Source: Candidatus Saccharimonadia bacterium (GTDB lineage: Bacteria > Patescibacteriota > Saccharimonadia > UBA4664 > SCTI01). Taken from it: a DNA stretch of 64,000 nucleotides. Shown one piece after another: positions 37,099-47,430 of this stretch. Under the pieces are notes generated by a model, which did not search any database, was not told where the DNA came from, and saw only the letters and a program-made list of their open reading frames with translations. Position 1 is the stretch's first letter. Every line of letters starts with the position of its first letter. The stretch lies in contig JBKJLI010000003.1 of the NCBI GenBank assembly GCA_046597065.1, positions 290,841 to 354,840 on the forward strand. Direction: 5' to 3'. The position numbers and the translations under genes are program-made.

Positions 37099-38178
37099 AT
37101 GTCGATCGCCATAATCTTAATTGTCATCTTGATTTTTGGTCTGTTAGTGTTCGTTCACGAGCTGGGCCACTTTGTAGCCGCACGCCGCAGTGGAGTAGAG
37201 GTAGAGGAGTTTGGTTTTGGTTTTCCACCCAAAGCCTACGGCCGAAAAGTTGGCCGCACCCTTTATAGCTTAAACTGGCTACCGTTGGGCGGTTTCGTCA
37301 AACTAAAAGGCGAGGATCATGCTGACACCAGCCCGGGTAGTTTTGGTGGGGCCGGTTTTTGGGCCAAAACCCGCATACTATTTGCAGGCGTGTTAATGAA
37401 CTGGCTGCTAGCCTTTGCAATACTGTTCTATCTTTGCTTAACCGGTTTACCGCCATTGGTTTCGGGCCAGTACAGTTACGGTAGCCCGGTTCAGGCCCAG
37501 TCCAGTCATTTATTAGTGGTTGAGATTGGCAAAAACTCTCCGGCCGCCGCCGCCGGGATCAAGCGTGGCGATACAATTGCCACTGCCGGTGGCCGCACCC
37601 TGCAAACCGAACAGGAGCTGCTTGATTACACCAAGGCTAACGCCGGCCAGAGCGTGGAGTTAACGGTTAAGAGTGGGGGCCAAATTTCCTCCAAAACCGT
37701 TACATTACGACCGCCAGATAGCAAAGAGGGGTATTTGGGCGTAACGCCGTTTGCTACTTCTCAGCAGCGCTACGGTTTTTTTGAAGCATTAATCACCGCT
37801 GTTGGCTTAACCTTGCAAATTTCATGGTTAACTTTGGCTGCATTCGGCAACATGATCATTGGTTTGTTTGCTCATGGGCAGGTTAGCAACCAGGTAGCCG
37901 GACCAATTGGCATCGTGGTTCTACTTTCGAATATCGTCCACTTGGGAATTGCTTACGTGCTGATATTCGTCGCCTCAATCTCTATTTCGTTGGCAGTCAT
38001 TAATGCTCTGCCGTTGCCGGCACTGGATGGTGGTCGATGGTTACTGATTGCAGCCCAAAAAGTGACCAAACGTCAGCTTTCGCCAACCTTTGAGGCAAGA
38101 GTTCACGCCGCTGGATTCGTGGCATTATTGCTACTTATGGTGGTGGTGACATTCTTCGATATTAAGCGATTGGGCTAG
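37099..38178 (+). CDS. rseP: RIP metalloprotease RseP (site-2 protease)
   Basis: HELGHF zinc motif, a PDZ domain and multiple TM segments. Confidence 0.85.
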   Translation: MSIAIILIVILIFGLLVFVHELGHFVAARRSGVEVEEFGFGFPPKAYGRKVGRTLYSLNWLPLGGFVKLKGEDHADTSPGSFGGAGFWAKTRILFAGVLMNWLLAFAILFYLCLTGLPPLVSGQYSYGSPVQAQSSHLLVVEIGKNSPAAAAGIKRGDTIATAGGRTLQTEQELLDYTKANAGQSVELTVKSGGQISSKTVTLRPPDSKEGYLGVTPFATSQQRYGFFEALITAVGLTLQISWLTLAAFGNMIIGLFAHGQVSNQVAGPIGIVVLLSNIVHLGIAYVLIFVASISISLAVINALPLPALDGGRWLLIAAQKVTKRQLSPTFEARVHAAGFVALLLLMVVVTFFDIKRLG

Positions 38179-38179
38179 G

Positions 38180-38899
38180 GTGAGCTCCGCCCAAATCAAG
38201 GCCGTAGCCTGGAAGCCGCTCGATGCCATGGCGGTTTTTTTATTGCCTTGGGTGATATTGCCGTTAATAATTTGGTTTAGTTTAGAGTTTGCGGCTGGTT
38301 TTGCGCCGGCTCTTAAGTCGCTTCTAACAGATCAATCTATTTCTTCGCCACAAGGCGGGCTAATTTTTTCACTGGTAGATGCCCTGTTGTCCTTTACTGT
38401 TATTGGTTTTTATTTACGCCGCCGTGGTGCTAAATGGGTCGATCTAGGTTACCGCCGCTTTAACGTCATTAAGGCAATCCTGCTTGTAACTACATTATTT
38501 ATCAGCTTTTTTGTGATGATTGGGTTAGTTTATTGGCTCATACAAGTTCTGCTGCCCGGTTTTGACCCTAACCAGGCCCAAGCCAATGAGTTTACTAATA
38601 CTCCTAACAATTTGCGCTTTATCAGTCTGATCGGGTTAGTGATTTTGCCACCGTTGGTGGAGGAGCCAATTTTCCGGGGGTTTATTTTTCCGGCTTTTGC
38701 AAAGCGCTGGGGATTGCCGATTGGGGCTGTGCTTTCTAGCCTACTGTTTGGTTTAGCTCATTTGCAGGGCAACATCAGCGTGTACACCTTTGTGATTGGT
38801 CTGCTACTATGTTTTATGTACACGCGACTTGGCTCGATTGTGCCCGGCATTTTGCTGCACATGGTTAATAACTACTTGGCCTATACCGCGCTACAATAA
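38180..38899 (+). CDS. CPBP/CAAX-family intramembrane protease
   Basis: EEPIFRG...FGLAHL motifs. Confidence 0.8.
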   Translation: MSSAQIKAVAWKPLDAMAVFLLPWVILPLIIWFSLEFAAGFAPALKSLLTDQSISSPQGGLIFSLVDALLSFTVIGFYLRRRGAKWVDLGYRRFNVIKAILLVTTLFISFFVMIGLVYWLIQVLLPGFDPNQAQANEFTNTPNNLRFISLIGLVILPPLVEEPIFRGFIFPAFAKRWGLPIGAVLSSLLFGLAHLQGNISVYTFVIGLLLCFMYTRLGSIVPGILLHMVNNYLAYTALQ

Positions 38900-38909
38900 A
38901 CAATATTTT

Positions 38910-40157
38910 ATGCGCTTATCTAAAAACTTCGGCACAACTCTTAAAACTAACAGCGGCGATGGTGACTCATTCAACTACCGCTTGCTTGTTCGTGGTGGAT
39001 TTATTCAGCAAGTTTCGGCTGGAGTATATTCCTATTTGCCACTTGGGCTCAAAGTTATCAATCGCATCTCGCAAGTCGTCCGCGAAGAAATGAACGCTCT
39101 TGGTGCTAGCGAGCTTTCATTGCCATCATTACAACCTAAGGCTCCTTGGCAGCAGACTGGTCGTTGGACCAGCTTTGATGTGCTTTATCGATTACAAGAT
39201 AGCGCCAAACGTGAGCATGCTTTGGGACCGTCTCACGAAGAGGTGATAACTCCATTGGCCCAGAGCTTTATAAATTCTTATAAAGATCTACCAGCCGCTG
39301 CCTACCAAATACAAACCAAGTTTCGCGATGAACTGCGGCCAAAGAGTGGGCTAATGCGGGGCCGTGAGTTTTTAATGAAAGATCTTTACAGCTTTCATGC
39401 CGATGCCGGCGATCTTGATAAGTATTACGAAACGGTAAAAACCGCCTACGCCAAGGTTTATCACCGCTTGGGCCTGGCCGCCAAGCTGACCGAGGCCTCC
39501 GGCGGGGCCTTTACCAAGTACTCGCATGAGTACCAGGTGTTTACCGAGGCCGGCGAGGATACCGTTTATTACTGCGACCATTGTGACTTCGCTCAAAACG
39601 ATGAGATTGCCACAGTTAAAGCTGGCGACGCTTGCCCAAGCTGTAAAAAGGGAGAGATAAAATCGGCAAAAGCTGCCGAAGTCGGCAACATTTTTAAGCT
39701 CGGGGATCGCTTTTCTAAGGCTTTTGAATTTAACTACACCGCTGCCGATGGCAAATCCCACCACCCAGTAATGGGCTGCTACGGCATTGGCATCAGCCGC
39801 ATTATGGGTGTGCTGGTTGAGGTGCATCATGATGAAAATGGGATTGTTTGGCCGGCCGAGGCCGCACCGGCAGACGTTCACATTGTTAGCATTGGCGCAG
39901 ATCGGGACGACTCTGTCGCCAATGCCGCCGACAAGCTTTACGACGACTTAATTAAAAACGGCTACGAGGTCATTTATGACGACCGCGATGCCACCGCCGG
40001 CGCCAAGTTTGCCGATGCCGACTTAATTGGATGCCCGATCCGTCTAACCGTTAGTCCCAAAACTCTGTCCGAGGGTTCGGCCGAGTTGAAGTACCGCCAT
40101 TCCGAAAAAGCTGAGCTGATCACCTTGGCCAAAGCCGCCGACCCCGATAAGCTGTAA
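38910..40157 (+). CDS. proS: Prolyl-tRNA synthetase
   Basis: Class II aaRS motifs. Start is set at ATG 38910, after the upstream stop. Confidence 0.85.
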   Translation: MRLSKNFGTTLKTNSGDGDSFNYRLLVRGGFIQQVSAGVYSYLPLGLKVINRISQVVREEMNALGASELSLPSLQPKAPWQQTGRWTSFDVLYRLQDSAKREHALGPSHEEVITPLAQSFINSYKDLPAAAYQIQTKFRDELRPKSGLMRGREFLMKDLYSFHADAGDLDKYYETVKTAYAKVYHRLGLAAKLTEASGGAFTKYSHEYQVFTEAGEDTVYYCDHCDFAQNDEIATVKAGDACPSCKKGEIKSAKAAEVGNIFKLGDRFSKAFEFNYTAADGKSHHPVMGCYGIGISRIMGVLVEVHHDENGIVWPAEAAPADVHIVSIGADRDDSVANAADKLYDDLIKNGYEVIYDDRDATAGAKFADADLIGCPIRLTVSPKTLSEGSAELKYRHSEKAELITLAKAADPDKL

Positions 40158-40169
40158 GTTTAGTGAATA

Positions 40170-40424
40170 TTGAAGTTGTCCAAGATACCGACCCATTACG
40201 TTGCGGTTGAACGCAAGTTCACTGGGCAAGGGCTAGTAAAGGTATTGATCGACTATGCAGCAAAACTTGCGAAGCAAACGGGTACGCCGGTTCTGCGTCT
40301 GGACACCAATGCAGATGAACCGAGGCTGATGCAGGCCTACGAAAAGACTGGGTTCAAATTATTAAAAATTGTCGAAGAGGATGGCGGCCATCGGGCTGCT
40401 TTATATCAGAAGTCAGTCAGCTAA
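40170..40424 (+). pseudogene. Truncated GNAT N-acetyltransferase remnant (C-terminal half only, 84 aa)
   Basis: Carries GNAT motif A (RKFTGQGLVKVLI). An in-frame stop immediately upstream of the TTG start rules out an N-terminal half. Confidence 0.4.
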
Positions 40425-40497
40425 GTTTGATGTAGCCAATACTTACCTAGCAGGGCATATGAATAGATTTATCAACAATTAGTTACTTTAATCGCGC

Positions 40498-40522
40498 CTT
40501 ATCGTAACTTTTTTACGATAAG
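40498..40522. promoter_or_regulatory. Operator-like inverted repeat CTTATCGTAA-N5-TTACGATAAG (perfect 10 bp arms)
   Basis: Read from sequence. A near-identical copy lies at 60222-60246 upstream of the Fur-family gene. Confidence 0.45.
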
Positions 40523-40665
40523 CGGATTTATCACATTTGGAAGCATGGGTATCGGGGCTTAACTACGCGCTATAAATAAATAGCGACCAAATCTCGGACT
40601 TAACCACTTCATTATCTGTAAATGCCCTGGTAAACTAGGGTATATATTAACGCCAGCGAGTAATT

Positions 40666-41715
40666 TTGTTCGATCGAATTTTGGGGCAATTTTCCCACGA
40701 CATCGGGATAGATTTAGGTACGGCTAACACCCTGGTATACGTTCGCGGACAAGGGATCGTAATTAACGAGCCTAGCGTGGTGGCTATAAACACTAAGACC
40801 AACCAGGTTCTGGCTATTGGAGACGAGGCCAAGCGCATGGTTGGCCGCACACCGGCCAGTATTGTGGCCACTCGACCGTTGGTTGATGGTGTGGTTAGTG
40901 ATTTCGAAGTTACTGAGCAGATGTTACGTTACTTTATCGATAAAGTGCACAAACAGCGATTTAGTCTGCTGGCTCGACCAAGAGTGGTAATCGGAATACC
41001 ATCAGGCGTTACCGAAGTTGAAAAGAGAGCCGTTGAGGATGCTGCTACAAATGCCGGCGCACGACGCACATTCTTAATTGAAGAGCCAATGGCCGCCGCG
41101 ATAGGAAGCCGACTGCCCATACATGAAGCGGCTGGTTCGATGATTGTTGATATAGGCGGCGGTACCACCGAAGTAGCTGTTATAAGTCTGGGTGGAATTG
41201 TGGCGGCTCGAAGTATAAGAATCGCTGGTGATGAGCTAAGCGATGACATCATCCAGTTTGCTCGCGACGAGTTTAATATGACCATCGGTGAGCGTACCGC
41301 CGAGACAATCAAGATAAAAATCGGTTCTGCCTACCCGTTAGAGCAGCTAAAAACTACACCAATGCGCGGACGTGATTTGGTAACCGGCTTGCCTAAGGAG
41401 GTCGAGGTCAACAGCGAACAAATCAGAAAAGCTTTGCAAAAAAGTGTACGTCAAATCGTTGATGCGGTTAAAATCACGATTGAGGAAACTCCACCCGAAC
41501 TGGTGGCCGACATTTTAGAAACCGGAATCGTAATGGCTGGCGGAGGTGCGCTTTTAAAAGGACTAGACTTACTCCTGCATCAACAAACCAAAATGCCGGT
41601 TCACTTGGCTGACGATCCGCTAACGGCGGTGGCTAGAGGTACGGGGTTGGTGCTTGAAGACCTAGACACCCTTAAAGATATTTTGGTGCCAACTCAGTAC
41701 GGCTCACGGGGCTAG
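40666..41715 (+). CDS. mreB: Rod-shape determining protein MreB
   Basis: Actin-fold DIGIDLGTANT. Confidence 0.9.
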   Translation: MFDRILGQFSHDIGIDLGTANTLVYVRGQGIVINEPSVVAINTKTNQVLAIGDEAKRMVGRTPASIVATRPLVDGVVSDFEVTEQMLRYFIDKVHKQRFSLLARPRVVIGIPSGVTEVEKRAVEDAATNAGARRTFLIEEPMAAAIGSRLPIHEAAGSMIVDIGGGTTEVAVISLGGIVAARSIRIAGDELSDDIIQFARDEFNMTIGERTAETIKIKIGSAYPLEQLKTTPMRGRDLVTGLPKEVEVNSEQIRKALQKSVRQIVDAVKITIEETPPELVADILETGIVMAGGGALLKGLDLLLHQQTKMPVHLADDPLTAVARGTGLVLEDLDTLKDILVPTQYGSRG

Positions 41716-41721
41716 GGCACG

Positions 41722-42525
41722 ATGAAAAGACGCAGTATTAACCGGCGCCTGATAGGCTTGCTATCGGCCGCCGCTCTAATTGGAGTTATTGGCGCTGCTG
41801 GCTGGCTGCGACCGTTACAAGGTGCAGCCAGCTGGTTAACGCGTCCACTAACCGGTGTGGTTAGTTCGGCTTCATCTGCCATCGGCAGCTGGTGGACGGT
41901 GGCAAACTCTGTCGGCAGTTTAGCTAGTGATAATCAGCGCTTGCAAGGTAAGGTGGCCTCGCTTCAAGCTCAGCTCAGCCAACAAACCGAACTACGAGCT
42001 CAAAACGACGAGCTACGCAAACAATTAGGTGTTGGAGCGGTTCGACCAGAAAAGCTTATCGCCGCCGAAGTGATTGGGTATCAACCCGATAACTTTCGTC
42101 AGTTCTTAACAATTGGGCGGGGCAGTAATGATGGTCTTAGCGCCGGCATGGCGGTAGTGTCGCAGGGAACCCTGGTGGGCACTTTGCAAGAAGTCACCGC
42201 TACAAGCTCAAAGGTTTTTCTGCTGATCGATCCAACTTTTAGGGTTACGGCGTTAGATCAAGATTCGCCCAATCGGCCTACCGGTACAATTCACGGGCAG
42301 ATCGGTAGTGGCTTGATAATGGACAAAATCGCCCAAAATGAAAGTCTTAAGCCGGGGGATACCATTGTAACTACAGGTACCGGTGCCGAAATTCCAAAGG
42401 GGTTGATTATCGGCCGTATCCAAACCGTTGATAAAAAGGATAACGGCGTGTTTCAGATCGCCCAAGTTACTAGCGACATTGTCTTTAACCGCCTCGAAAT
42501 TGTTTACGTTGTGGCAAGGCAGTAG
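41722..42525 (+). CDS. mreC: MreC
   Basis: TM anchor, a coiled-coil and a beta-rich domain, in the mreBCD position. Confidence 0.8.
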   Translation: MKRRSINRRLIGLLSAAALIGVIGAAGWLRPLQGAASWLTRPLTGVVSSASSAIGSWWTVANSVGSLASDNQRLQGKVASLQAQLSQQTELRAQNDELRKQLGVGAVRPEKLIAAEVIGYQPDNFRQFLTIGRGSNDGLSAGMAVVSQGTLVGTLQEVTATSSKVFLLIDPTFRVTALDQDSPNRPTGTIHGQIGSGLIMDKIAQNESLKPGDTIVTTGTGAEIPKGLIIGRIQTVDKKDNGVFQIAQVTSDIVFNRLEIVYVVARQ

Positions 42526-42533
42526 GTGCCGCA

Positions 42534-43037
42534 ATGTTGATTCCTATTATCGCCAGCCTGTTCGCCGTGCTACTAGAAGTAGCGTGGTTTGGCCATATCC
42601 GGCCGTTTGGTATCATTCCTAATTTAGCCGTCATCATCGTGGCGCTTACTGCACTGTGGTCGCAAGCCACACCTACTCTGGTGGCAGCTATCACCGCCGG
42701 CTTACTTCTAGATAGCGCTAGCGGCACCGATTTTGGTTTGCGCACAGCCTTTTTGGCGGCTTTAGCAGTTTGTACCATCGCTGCTCGTCAATTAGGCTTA
42801 CACGCCGACTCGCTGGTGGCAGCACTGGGTATTGTAGCCATAGCTACGATTTTGTTTGATCTAGCGGTAGTAACCAGCGTGCACAGTGCGGCCATCGACT
42901 GGCATCTGGTAGCCAGCCGCATCGGTATCGAGCTACTACTAAATTTGCCTATAACCGCAACAGCTTGGGTTTTTGGTAGCGCCTGGCGCAATCGTCAGCC
43001 GGTGCTTCCAGACGCGGATCGCGGAAGCTGGTTGTGA
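42534..43037 (+). CDS. mreD: MreD
   Basis: Small polytopic membrane protein in operon position. Confidence 0.6.
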   Translation: MLIPIIASLFAVLLEVAWFGHIRPFGIIPNLAVIIVALTALWSQATPTLVAAITAGLLLDSASGTDFGLRTAFLAALAVCTIAARQLGLHADSLVAALGIVAIATILFDLAVVTSVHSAAIDWHLVASRIGIELLLNLPITATAWVFGSAWRNRQPVLPDADRGSWL

Positions 43038-45076
43038 CCAAAAAAACTACCGGCCAGTTTGGCTACGGCGGTGAAGAGCGGCCGCAAAAGAATCGTGCCA
43101 CCATTAAGCGCGACCAGGGAGGCCACGAGCGTTGGGCCGAGGCCATATTGCCGGCAGACGCCGAGGCCGGTACCATCGAGACTCCTACCAGCCGCCGCCC
43201 TTTGGTAATTTTGGCTTCGTTAGTGATTGTAGCCGCAACAGTATTGGCCGCACAGTTATTCCATTTACAGGTGGTCGATGGCCAACGCAATTTGGGTCTG
43301 GCTGATGGCAATCGATTACGCCAAAAAATTACTCGAGCACCGAGGGGAGTAATTTATGATCGTCATAAACAGGTTCTAGCCGAAAATCTGGCCAGTTTTG
43401 ATTTAACGGTTACAGCTAGCTTGCTGCCCAAAGCCGCTGACCAGCGGGATGCCTTATATAGCCGTGTTGCAACCCTAACCGGTCTTAGCCCGACTGAAAT
43501 TAAATCTAAAGTAGAAGGCGACTGCGCAGCTGCTCAAATTGCCTCAAAGGCAAATGGAAATAAATCGACGTCCATCTGCCTTGATCAACCCCAAGCCAAG
43601 CTAGTCGCCAGTAATCTGCCGAGGCAGCAGGCTCTCGACTTTGACCAACAGTCTGCCAGCGTTCCTGGATTTAGTCTTGATGTTAACCCTATCCGTCAGT
43701 ATGACGACGCCGGCTTGCTGTCCTCTATCTTGGGTTATACCGGGCGGGTTAGCGAAGACGACCTGCTGCGGAATCCAACTTATGGCTCCACCGATTTTAT
43801 TGGTAAACTCGGTATCGAAAAGCAGTACGAGGCACAGTTAAAAGGGCAGAATGGTAGCGAGCAGACCGAGGTTGATGCCAGCGGCCGGCCAATTAAACTG
43901 CTTAGTGCTCGGCCGTCGGTGGCCGGCCAAAATTTGGTTTTGTCACTGGATATGGATTTGCAGCGCAAGCTAGCAGAGGCTCTCCAGAATCAGCTTATAG
44001 CCAGCGGCTCTACCAAGGCCTCTGGGGTCGCCCTTAATCCTAAAACCGGAGAAGTTCTGGCCACTGTTAGCCTGCCCGGTTACGATAACAACCTGTTTGC
44101 CAAGGGCATATCGCAAAATGATTACAATAAGCTGCTTAAAAACCCGGCTCAGCCCCTATTTAATAAAGCTATCGCCGGCGCCTACCCAACTGGATCAATT
44201 ATAAAGCCGTTGATTGGTTCGGCCGCGCTGCAAGAAAAAACTATCAATACCGGCACAACTGTAAACGACACCGGACAGCTAGAGGTGCCCAACCGTTATG
44301 ATCCCAAGGTTAAGTATACTTTTCGTTCATATGAGCCAGGCGGGTTGGGGGTAGTAAATATCACCAAGGCAATCGCGGTTAGTTCAAACGTCTTCTTCTT
44401 TAGCATTGGGGGTGGTTTTGGAGATGTATCTGGCCTAGGGGTTGATCGGTTGGTCAGCTACTACCAAAAGTTTGGTCTAGGTAAAAAAACCGGGATCGAT
44501 ATTGGCGAAGAGACAGCCGGATCGGTACCAACGCCTGCAAGTAAAAAAAAGGCAACCGGCGAGGGCTGGTTTTTGGGTGACACCTTTAATATATCCGTAG
44601 GCCAGGGTGATCTTAGAGCCTCTCCGCTACAGATGGCGGTGGCGATTGCGGCGGTTGCAAATGGTGGCAACGTTATTAAGCCGCATTTTTTGAAAGAAGT
44701 CCAGGATGCTAGTGGGCGCACCGTTGATACCACCAAAACTCAAATTACCCAATCGGCATTTATTTCACCAGAGAATCAACAGATTATCAAAAACGCGATG
44801 CGGCTGGTTGTATCTGCGCCCTATGGAACCGCTTGCTGCAAAATAGAGCAAACCGTTCCAGTAGCGGTGGCGGCCAAAACCGGAACCGCTGAAACTGATC
44901 CCGACGGCAAACGTAAACCCCACGCTTGGTTTGAGGCTTATGCTCCCTATGAAGATCCCCAAATTGTGATCGTGGCTTTAGTCGAAAATTCTGGAGAGGG
45001 CGCCCAGTTTGCGGCACCAGCGGTGCGAGAAACTTTGCAATGGTGTTTTTCTAGGCCGGGTGGTTGTGTGCAGTAG
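43034..45076 (+). CDS. mrdA: Penicillin-binding protein 2 (transpeptidase)
   Basis: TGSIIKP (SxxK) and KTGTA motifs, downstream of mreD. Confidence 0.85.
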   Translation: MTKKTTGQFGYGGEERPQKNRATIKRDQGGHERWAEAILPADAEAGTIETPTSRRPLVILASLVIVAATVLAAQLFHLQVVDGQRNLGLADGNRLRQKITRAPRGVIYDRHKQVLAENLASFDLTVTASLLPKAADQRDALYSRVATLTGLSPTEIKSKVEGDCAAAQIASKANGNKSTSICLDQPQAKLVASNLPRQQALDFDQQSASVPGFSLDVNPIRQYDDAGLLSSILGYTGRVSEDDLLRNPTYGSTDFIGKLGIEKQYEAQLKGQNGSEQTEVDASGRPIKLLSARPSVAGQNLVLSLDMDLQRKLAEALQNQLIASGSTKASGVALNPKTGEVLATVSLPGYDNNLFAKGISQNDYNKLLKNPAQPLFNKAIAGAYPTGSIIKPLIGSAALQEKTINTGTTVNDTGQLEVPNRYDPKVKYTFRSYEPGGLGVVNITKAIAVSSNVFFFSIGGGFGDVSGLGVDRLVSYYQKFGLGKKTGIDIGEETAGSVPTPASKKKATGEGWFLGDTFNISVGQGDLRASPLQMAVAIAAVANGGNVIKPHFLKEVQDASGRTVDTTKTQITQSAFISPENQQIIKNAMRLVVSAPYGTACCKIEQTVPVAVAAKTGTAETDPDGKRKPHAWFEAYAPYEDPQIVIVALVENSGEGAQFAAPAVRETLQWCFSRPGGCVQ

Positions 45077-45281
45077 CCAAAGTCATATCAAGTCACAAAA
45101 TTATATTTGGAATTAACAAAAGTAACTCTTGACCAGATTAGCAGACTAAGACAAAATGGTGACATCACAAACGAACCATAAGCGTGATTCACCATAGCTC
45201 GTTCGCACTCGAGGTCAATCCCTCGGGCATTTTTTTCGCCCAAGTCTATGCGCTCCTTCGAACAGCAGAAAGGTAATAACT

Positions 45282-45758
45282 ATGACCAACACAACCGCTA
45301 AACGCGAATTTTATGTAACAAAAGACGGCCTAGCTAAACTGCAGGCCGAGCTTGAAGACCTAACTAAAAACCAACGACCACAAGTTGCTAAAGAACTTAA
45401 AGAGGCCAAAGAGTATGGCGACCTCAGTGAAAATGCTTCGTGGGACTCCGCTAAAGATCATCAAGCGTTTGTAGAGGGCCGGATAGCCGAGGTAGAGCAA
45501 ATTATCCGCCATGCTGTGATCATCAAGGCACCACGTTCAAGCGAAAAGGTCGCTATTGGTTCTAAGGTTCATCTTGAGCTCGAAGAAGGCAAGCAAATCT
45601 ACACTATTGTCGGCTCGCAAGAGGCTAACCCGGTAGAGGGTAGAATTTCAAACGAATCACCTATTGGCCAAGCCTTAATGGGCCGTTCCAAGGGAGAAGA
45701 GATCGAAATCAATGTCCCTTCGGGCACAATGACCTACAAAATTACTCACATCGAATAA
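45282..45758 (+). CDS. greA: Transcription elongation factor GreA
   Basis: N-terminal coiled-coil plus an FKBP-like C-terminus. Confidence 0.9.
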   Translation: MTNTTAKREFYVTKDGLAKLQAELEDLTKNQRPQVAKELKEAKEYGDLSENASWDSAKDHQAFVEGRIAEVEQIIRHAVIIKAPRSSEKVAIGSKVHLELEEGKQIYTIVGSQEANPVEGRISNESPIGQALMGRSKGEEIEINVPSGTMTYKITHIE

Positions 45759-45786
45759 TTTAAGTATTCAAGCTTTACAGCAGAAG

Positions 45787-45811
45787 GCGCCCTCCTGGGC
45801 GCACTTTTGTT
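45787..45811 (+). terminator. Intrinsic terminator (gcgccc / gggcgc stem followed by acttttgtt)
   Basis: Read from sequence after greA. Confidence 0.55.
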
Positions 45812-45824
45812 ACAATAGAGGATA

Positions 45825-47405
45825 ATGAACGACAAAATACCATCCAAATACTGGCTCGATCAAGTGGCCGAGACTATCATTCAACAGTTTCCTGAAGGCG
45901 AGATTGTGGTCTCAAGCGGGCATTCACCATCCGGTACCTACCACGTTGGCACTATGCGCGAGATTATTACGGCTTCGGCCATAACTTGGGCCCTCCAGCA
46001 GCGCCAACGTCAGGCTCAGCATTTAGATTTTGTCGATGATTTCGATATCCTGCGAAAACTGCCTGCCGACATGCCCGCAAAACTACGAGCCGAACTGGGC
46101 AAGCCGCTATATTTGGCCAACGGTCCAGATAAAGGCGTTACCTACGCCGACAATCGCTTGGCCGACCTATTTGCGGCCGAGAAGCAGATTGGTTTTGAGC
46201 CCGATCAGACGCTGCGGGCATCTACAACCTATGTGAAAGAACATCGTTATACCGACGCAATCACTAAGGCCTTAGATAAACTAACTGATGTCCGCGAGAT
46301 TATTGAGCGGGTTAGCCAACGTCAACTCCCAGTCGACTGGGCGCCGGTGCAAATTTTAAGCGATGACGGACTGCTTAACCAGTGGTCTTATAGTGGCCAT
46401 GATACCGCCAATCAATCGATTAGCTATCGCGACAAAGCCGGCAAAACCGGCGAGATTAGCTACGCCGAAGGTCGAGTAAAGTTGGATTGGCGGCTAGACT
46501 GGCCGGCGCGCTGGTGGATGTGGCAGGTTCGTGTAGAGCCATTTGGGCGAGATCATGCAAGCAAGGGGGGCTCCTACGATACCGGCAAAGCGCTGGTAGA
46601 AGAGATTTTTGGCGGCCAGGCTCCTTTCCCGGTGCCGTATGAGTTCATTAATAGCCCCGGCGCCACCAAGAAGATGAGTAAGTCATCTGGAGGGGTGTTA
46701 ACTCCGTTAGATGCAATCGAGGTGATGCCGGCCGAGGTACTGCGCTATTTTATGGTGCGATCGCGACCAACTAAACAGCTGATTTTTGATCCCGGTATTG
46801 GTCTATATAATTTGGTAGACGAGTTTGCGGCGGCTGAATCGGCCGTGACTTCTGACCAGTTGCACGAGTTTGCCGATGCCTACCGCTTTGCCATTGCTGC
46901 TGGGGGGAATGCCAAACAGTCCATGCGGACAATCTCTAGTGTGCCCTTTAAGCACCTAGTCTCGGTTTATCAGGCGGCCCAAAATGATGTTGCAGAAACT
47001 CTTGCGATTCTAAGTCGCACTGGGTATGAAGGGGCTGTAAACGGCCAGCGAGAAGTTATCTTGTCTGAGCTGAAGTTTGTTAAGACTTGGCTGGCCAATT
47101 ACGCACCAGATGAGGTCAAATTTGAGGTTCAAGCTAAGCTGCCGAAGGTGGAGCTAAGTCAGAATCAGCAGCATTTTTTAGGCGATTTAGCAGCAACCAT
47201 AACCAAGCAATCCGGCGAAATTGATGGCCAAGCCATGCATGTGTTGATTTACGCCGCCAAGGATGCGACTGAATTAACACCCATCCAGGCATTTCAAGCA
47301 ATTTATCGGGTTATTTTGGGCCAAGATAGCGGCCCCAAGGCCGGCTGGTTTCTTGCCAACTTGGATCGCGACTGGTTGGTAGCTCGCTTGCTGCGCACCG
47401 CCTAA
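45825..47405 (+). CDS. lysK: Class I (archaeal-type) lysyl-tRNA synthetase
   Basis: HSPSGTYHVGTMRE (HIGH-like region) and KMSKSSGGV. No class II motifs are present. Confidence 0.8.
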   Translation: MNDKIPSKYWLDQVAETIIQQFPEGEIVVSSGHSPSGTYHVGTMREIITASAITWALQQRQRQAQHLDFVDDFDILRKLPADMPAKLRAELGKPLYLANGPDKGVTYADNRLADLFAAEKQIGFEPDQTLRASTTYVKEHRYTDAITKALDKLTDVREIIERVSQRQLPVDWAPVQILSDDGLLNQWSYSGHDTANQSISYRDKAGKTGEISYAEGRVKLDWRLDWPARWWMWQVRVEPFGRDHASKGGSYDTGKALVEEIFGGQAPFPVPYEFINSPGATKKMSKSSGGVLTPLDAIEVMPAEVLRYFMVRSRPTKQLIFDPGIGLYNLVDEFAAAESAVTSDQLHEFADAYRFAIAAGGNAKQSMRTISSVPFKHLVSVYQAAQNDVAETLAILSRTGYEGAVNGQREVILSELKFVKTWLANYAPDEVKFEVQAKLPKVELSQNQQHFLGDLAATITKQSGEIDGQAMHVLIYAAKDATELTPIQAFQAIYRVILGQDSGPKAGWFLANLDRDWLVARLLRTA

Positions 47406-47430
47406 CAAAGTTCGCTATAATGAAATCATA

